This document shows positions 35,002-39,037 of a stretch of DNA of 39,037 bases, piece after piece (position 1 is the first letter of the stretch; each line of letters starts with the position of its first letter). The stretch lies in the NCBI GenBank assembly GCA_031274845.1, contig JAISPN010000209.1, forward strand, positions 1-39,037. The letters are read 5' to 3'. Origin of the DNA: Acidobacteriaceae bacterium. GTDB taxonomy: Bacteria; Acidobacteriota; Vicinamibacteria; Vicinamibacterales; CAVVIG01. Below the pieces are notes generated by a model that worked only from the letters and a program-made list of their open reading frames with translations, did not search any database and was not told where the DNA came from. The translations under genes and the position numbers were made by a program.

Positions 35002-36606
35002 GTGCCGCGCCCCATTCAGACAGACGATCAGTTCACGCCGGAAGAAGCACGTTTGCTGGCGCCGTACTTCACAAACACTGATCGACCGGTGTTTGCGTTG
35101 GTGAACCTGCCGGAAACGGTCAAGGGCGCGCTGTTCGCGCGCTACTCGCGGTCGGCGAAATCGTTGCGCCGGCTGTTCCTCGACGAATTTCGCGCCGACA
35201 TCCCGTCAGACGGAGAAGCCGCTGCCGCCGTTGGCACCGCGCGCGCCGACACGCTGTACGCACGCGTCTTCAGCGACTACGGCGACGATTCGGTCGCGCA
35301 GCTTGGCAGCGTCCACATCGCGTGTGAAGGGGTGTCGAACCTCCTCACGAAAGTGCTCGAGTGGGGACGGCTGATGGCGTACCTCGAGCAATCGACGCGC
35401 TACGTGCCCTACACCGCCAAACCGCACGGCCGCTGGAAGTATCACGTGCCGGAAGAAATCGCCGGAACACCGCTCGCCTCCTCCTACATCGACACGCTCG
35501 ATCGCGCGTTCGAGGTGTACGCGCGCTGGATTCCGGTGATGGAAGATCACTTCCGCGCCAAATATCCCAAGAGCGCCGACGACTCGGACGCGGTGTACCG
35601 CTCGGTGATTCGCGCCAAGGCGCTCGATACGCTGCGCGGTCTGCTCCCCGCGGCCACGACATCGAACGTCGGTCTGTTCGGCACCGGTCAGGCGTACGAA
35701 GCGCTACTGCTGCGCATGTTCGCGCACCCGCTCGAAGAGGTGCGCGCGCACGGCACGCTCATCCTCGAAGAGCTGCGCAAGGTGATTCCCGCGTTCATGG
35801 CGCGCGTCGATCATCCGGATCGCGGCGGCCGCTGGGTGCAATATCTGCGCGACACCAGAGAAGCGGTTCACCAGAGCGTCGCCAGGGTCACGCACGGCAT
35901 CACCGCCGAAGCGCACAGCGAGGTGACGCTGACGGAATTCGATCCAGACGGCGAAACGAAAGTTGTCGCGTCGGTGCTCTACGCGGCGTCCGGTTTGTCT
36001 GACGCGCAGTGTCTTCGGATCGCGGAGACCTTATCCACCGGCGAGCGCGTCTCGTTGCTCAACGCCTACGTCGGCGACCGCTCGAACCGGCGTCACAAAC
36101 CGGGCCGCGCGTTCGAGCGCACGAAATACCGCTTCGACGTGCTGGCGGATTACGGCGCCTTCCGCGATCTGCAGCGCCATCGCCTGCTGACGCTCGAATG
36201 GCAACCGCTCTCGCCGGATCATGGCTTCATCGAGCCTGCGGCGATTGAAGAGGCGGGCGCGCTGAACGACTGGCGCGAGGTGATGCGGCGCTCAGCCGCG
36301 TTGCACGCCGAGCTCACGGCCGCCGGATTCAGCGACATCGCGCCGTACGCGGTCGTGATGGCGTATCGCGTCCGGTTCTACATGGACATGAACGCCCGCG
36401 AAGCGATGCACGTCATCGAACTGCGCACCGCGCCGCAGGGACATCCGTCGTACCGCCGCGTGTGTCAGGCGATGCACACGGCAATTTCAGACGTGGCCGG
36501 ACATCACGCGCTGGCCAGAACGATGCAGTTTGCCGATCACTCGGAAGTTGAACTCGAACGCCTGCAGTCGGAACGCGCGCTCGAAAAGAAACGCGCCGGA
36601 CGCTAA
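35002..36606 (+). CDS. thyX: FAD-dependent thymidylate synthase ThyX, long two-domain form
   Basis: 534-aa ORF. The C-half carries FRDLQRHRLLT (ThyX RHRxxS/T motif) and HVIELRTAPQGHPSYRR. The N-half has a degenerate copy (ALFARYSRS). Confidence 0.85.
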   Translation: MPRPIQTDDQFTPEEARLLAPYFTNTDRPVFALVNLPETVKGALFARYSRSAKSLRRLFLDEFRADIPSDGEAAAAVGTARADTLYARVFSDYGDDSVAQLGSVHIACEGVSNLLTKVLEWGRLMAYLEQSTRYVPYTAKPHGRWKYHVPEEIAGTPLASSYIDTLDRAFEVYARWIPVMEDHFRAKYPKSADDSDAVYRSVIRAKALDTLRGLLPAATTSNVGLFGTGQAYEALLLRMFAHPLEEVRAHGTLILEELRKVIPAFMARVDHPDRGGRWVQYLRDTREAVHQSVARVTHGITAEAHSEVTLTEFDPDGETKVVASVLYAASGLSDAQCLRIAETLSTGERVSLLNAYVGDRSNRRHKPGRAFERTKYRFDVLADYGAFRDLQRHRLLTLEWQPLSPDHGFIEPAAIEEAGALNDWREVMRRSAALHAELTAAGFSDIAPYAVVMAYRVRFYMDMNAREAMHVIELRTAPQGHPSYRRVCQAMHTAISDVAGHHALARTMQFADHSEVELERLQSERALEKKRAGR

Positions 36607-36619
36607 CCTGACGCACAGG

Positions 36620-36640
36620 CTGACGCGCCACGCGCGTCAG
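36620..36640. terminator. GC-rich hairpin (8-bp stem ctgacgcg/cgcgtcag, 5-nt loop) between convergent thyX and def
   Basis: ctgacgcgccacgcgcgtcag read directly from the sequence. It overlaps the def stop codon. No clear U-tract follows, so its function as an intrinsic terminator is uncertain. Confidence 0.35.
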
Positions 36641-37170
36641 TCTTCGTCCTCGTCCTTCGCCCAGTAGCGCGAGTACTCTTCGATGAACGTGAGCGTGCCA
36701 AACGACTTCATGCGATCGAAGAAGAGGATGCCGTCCAGATGATCGGCTTCGTGCTGGATGATGCGGGCCGAGAAGTTCGTGGCGCGCAGCTCGATGCGCG
36801 CGCCGTCGCGATCGTAGGCGCGGACCCGGACCTCTTTCGCGCGCGGCACCTTGCCGCGGATGTCCGGAATGCTGAGGCACCCTTCCCAATCCTCAACCCG
36901 GTCTGACCCGACCAGCGAGATCTCGGGATTCACAAGCGCCAGCGGCGTCCGCTCTTCATCGTCGCCATCATTCAGCGCCGCGACGAAGAGCCGCACGCCT
37001 TCATGAACCTGCGGCGCCGCGAGTCCAACGCCGTGATACTCGACCATCGTGTCGATCATGTCGTCGATGAGTTTCTGGACGAGCGGCGATGTGATGTCGC
37101 CGGGCGGAATCGGCTTGGCCTTGGCGCGCAGCACCGGATGCCCCATGCGCGCGACCTTCAGAATGGACAT
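36637..37170 (-). CDS. def: Peptide deformylase
   Basis: GVGLAAPQV, EGCLSIP and QHEADHLDG motifs. I prefer ATG 37170 (MSILKVARMGHPVLR) over the listed TTG at 37179. Confidence 0.92.
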   Translation of the reverse strand: MSILKVARMGHPVLRAKAKPIPPGDITSPLVQKLIDDMIDTMVEYHGVGLAAPQVHEGVRLFVAALNDGDDEERTPLALVNPEISLVGSDRVEDWEGCLSIPDIRGKVPRAKEVRVRAYDRDGARIELRATNFSARIIQHEADHLDGILFFDRMKSFGTLTFIEEYSRYWAKDEDED

Positions 37171-37178
37171 GGCCGTCA

Positions 37179-37184
37179 ATTATA
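37179..37184 (-). promoter_or_regulatory. Consensus TATAAT hexamer 8 nt upstream of the def ATG (possible leaderless promoter)
   Basis: The minus strand reads ccggTATAATtgacggccATG. There is no SD in the 8-nt gap, and no good -35 was found. Confidence 0.3.
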
Positions 37185-37224
37185 CCGGCGGCCATGCGTC
37201 ACTCTTGTCGAGGCTCCGCGGTGG

Positions 37225-38673
37225 TTAGTCCGCGAGGCCTTCGGCTTTTCGCTCGGCGGCGGTGATGACGCCTTTCGCGGCGGCGATCTCGGCCTGACGA
37301 TCGCGCGCAATCGTTGGCACCGTGACGAAGCGGGCCACCACGTCGGCGGTGTTGCCGATATTGAGCTTCGTCATCAGAAAGCGGAACCGCTCTTCGAGCG
37401 ACGCTCCGATCGCCGCGCGCCGCGTGGCATCGATGCTCCAGATGCGCTGCTTGAACGGACCGATCGCCTTCTTGCGCGCCTTGTAGATGAACTGCTCTTC
37501 GGTGTCCTTTGGCTTGCGCTCTTCGAGCGCGTGCTCGCGCAGCCACGCGTACATCTCCGCCTTGAGGTCGGCTGGAAACTGCGGGTGCTCGTACACCATG
37601 TTCTGGAAGTCGGTCGCGAGGTGAATTTCGCAAGCGCCCGCGCGCGGGAACGCATCGAACGCTTCCGGCGGCAGCGTCGACGCGCCGTGCTGCACGGCGC
37701 CGCCAAGCCCGTAATCGCGGCGGGAGACGTCCGACAACTCTTGCAATGTCTTCAGATCGATCGCGACATCGGTCCGCACCGACCCGTCGGCGTTGATGAA
37801 TCCGCCGTGCGCCGTGCCGGTCTGCACGCTGATCTTGCTGAGCCCGACAAGCGACGCGCCACGTTCGTGGAGCTTGCGGTTGAACCCTTTCATGTACGCG
37901 TGCAGTTCGTGGACGTCGGAGTTCTTACCGCCCACTTCGCCAATCTCGCCGCCCACCGATACCGTCACGCCTGCCGGCTCGACGCTGCGGACAAACGCCG
38001 CGAAGTCGGCGGCCAGCGTCACGTTTACTTCCTGCTGCTCGTCAAGCGTCGGCTTGTCGAGATCGACCAGCGTCGACGTATCGATGTCGATGTTGTAGAA
38101 GCCCGCCGCGATCTCTTCGTTGATGAGCGCGCGCAGCGTCGCAATCTCCTTGTCGCGCTCGGGACTGTTGTACTTCTTCGCGTTGGTCTGGACGTGATCG
38201 CCCTGAATGAAGAGCGGCCCCTCGAACCCTTCGCGCAAGGCGGCCGCGAACAACGTCGCCGCGTACTCGTGCGGCCGCTGCTCGGTGTAGCCGATTTCCG
38301 ATCGCGCGATCTCGAAGATGAACGCGCCCACCTTCAAGGCTTTCGCCGCGCGGAGCACCGCGCGCGCCGAGTCGTACGACATCGCCCGGATGTTGATCGC
38401 GGGCACGGTAAACCCGCTGACATCGCCGCGTCCCATCGCCATGTACAGCGCGTGAATCGACGCTGGCCTGATACCGCGCGCGCCGGCCAGTTCGCGAATG
38501 ACGAACCGCGCCGTGCCACGCACCTCCGGGGTCGCGCCGAACGACGAGGCCCAGGCCAACCGATCGATCGTCTCCGGGCCAAGAGCTGCTGCTTTGGTAA
38601 TCGAGAGCCGGTCGCCGTCGAGCGTGGCGACGCCCTTGATGCCTTCAACGATGTCCTGAATCGACTCAAACAT
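37225..38673 (-). CDS. Class II (metal-dependent) ketose-bisphosphate aldolase family protein, long form
   Basis: 482-aa ORF with FIQGDH, GGEIGEVGG, TGTAHGG and VQHGAST motifs, corresponding to the class II aldolase zinc/substrate motifs. Confidence 0.75.
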   Translation of the reverse strand: MFESIQDIVEGIKGVATLDGDRLSITKAAALGPETIDRLAWASSFGATPEVRGTARFVIRELAGARGIRPASIHALYMAMGRGDVSGFTVPAINIRAMSYDSARAVLRAAKALKVGAFIFEIARSEIGYTEQRPHEYAATLFAAALREGFEGPLFIQGDHVQTNAKKYNSPERDKEIATLRALINEEIAAGFYNIDIDTSTLVDLDKPTLDEQQEVNVTLAADFAAFVRSVEPAGVTVSVGGEIGEVGGKNSDVHELHAYMKGFNRKLHERGASLVGLSKISVQTGTAHGGFINADGSVRTDVAIDLKTLQELSDVSRRDYGLGGAVQHGASTLPPEAFDAFPRAGACEIHLATDFQNMVYEHPQFPADLKAEMYAWLREHALEERKPKDTEEQFIYKARKKAIGPFKQRIWSIDATRRAAIGASLEERFRFLMTKLNIGNTADVVARFVTVPTIARDRQAEIAAAKGVITAAERKAEGLAD

Positions 38674-38682
38674 GAGATCCCT

Positions 38683-39037
38683 CTATGTGTATTCTTCTGT
38701 GCCCGGACGAGCCTCTGATTTTAGCATCGGGAATGTAAACTCCTCGATGCTGACGCGCGCCACGGTCGCCTCAACCATCTCGTCGATCGGCAACAACGCT
38801 TCGGCGGCGGCGATGTCGTGACGCGATGCTTTTGTCGCCGGATGTTTCGGCGTGAACAGCGTGCAGCAATCCTGATCCGGAATATTTGAAATCGTCAGCG
38901 TGCCCAGACGCTCCGCCGCAAGCGAGATCTCGTCCTTGTCCATGCCGACGAGCGGACGCAGAATCTCCAACCCCGACGCGTCGGCAATCCGCGTCAGATT
39001 CTCAAGCGTCTGCGACGCGACCTGACCGACCACCTCT
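38683..39037 (-). CDS. thiI: tRNA 4-thiouridine synthase ThiI, C-terminal part (N-terminus beyond the right edge)
   Basis: The frame is open to the window edge. GQVASQTLENL, LRPLVGMDKDEI and DCCTLFTPKHP are typical of the ThiI PP-loop domain C-terminus. Confidence 0.85.
   Translation of the reverse strand, partial: EVVGQVASQTLENLTRIADASGLEILRPLVGMDKDEISLAAERLGTLTISNIPDQDCCTLFTPKHPATKASRHDIAAAEALLPIDEMVEATVARVSIEEFTFPMLKSEARPGTEEYT

Noticed and set aside
1-39037. Whole-window scan for a defence system, toxin-antitoxin pair, CRISPR-Cas, a biosynthetic gene cluster, and rRNA or tRNA genes.
   Set aside because: There are no nuclease, helicase, ATPase, methylase, Cas, PKS, NRPS or small paired-ORF architectures. 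Non-coding gaps longer than 60 nt exist only at 3009-3200, 10928-11087 and 28653-28866, and none folds into a tRNA-like cloverleaf by inspection. I therefore cannot support a claim of a novel multi-gene system beyond the candidates listed in the findings.

Overview
This is 39 kb of a high-GC bacterial chromosome (about two-thirds G+C by eye), almost fully coding. I call 35 protein genes and found no rRNA, tRNA, CRISPR array, transposase or integrase.

(1) 1-10927, minus strand: a division/cell-wall (dcw) cluster, mraZ-rsmH-ftsL-ftsI-murE-mraY-murD-ftsW-murG-murC(partial). It is tightly packed, with several overlapping stop/start codons. murF is absent, and the only long spacer (murD/ftsW) holds a 123-bp inverted-repeat element.

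(2) 11088-17700, plus strand, divergent from mraZ: two polyprenyl-phosphate-type GT2 glycosyltransferases, a DegT-type sugar aminotransferase and two extended SDRs. One SDR is ArnA/UXS-like; the other has its catalytic Tyr replaced by Asn. These are followed by a secreted Pro-rich protein, YqeY and a rhomboid protease.

(3) 18135-26990, plus strand: an apparent six-gene operon of fused 2-oxoacid dehydrogenase E1 alpha/beta, FadN-like dehydrogenase/hydratase, two alpha/beta hydrolases, thiolase and acyl-CoA dehydrogenase.

(4) 27015-30149: a 545-aa AraC-family protein carrying two complete HTH modules, a 30% GC island with phased direct repeats, then a DUF1684 lipoprotein and a HAD hydrolase.

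(5) 30186-34966, minus strand: a duplicated FtsX-type permease with no ATPase partner, an MBL-fold hydrolase and an M20 peptidase.

(6) 35002-39037: long-form thyX, def, a class II aldolase and partial thiI.

Gene content and GC suggest an Acidobacteriota-like soil lineage, but that is inference only.

I do not see a recognisable defence, mobile or secondary-metabolite system. The region looks mostly housekeeping. The most unusual items are the dual-HTH AraC with its AT-rich control island, the incomplete arn-like aminosugar/polyprenyl-phosphate cluster beside dcw, the hydrolase pair embedded in the beta-oxidation operon, the murF gap, the intra-dcw inverted-repeat element, and several -10 boxes sitting 6-12 nt from start codons (leaderless-type).
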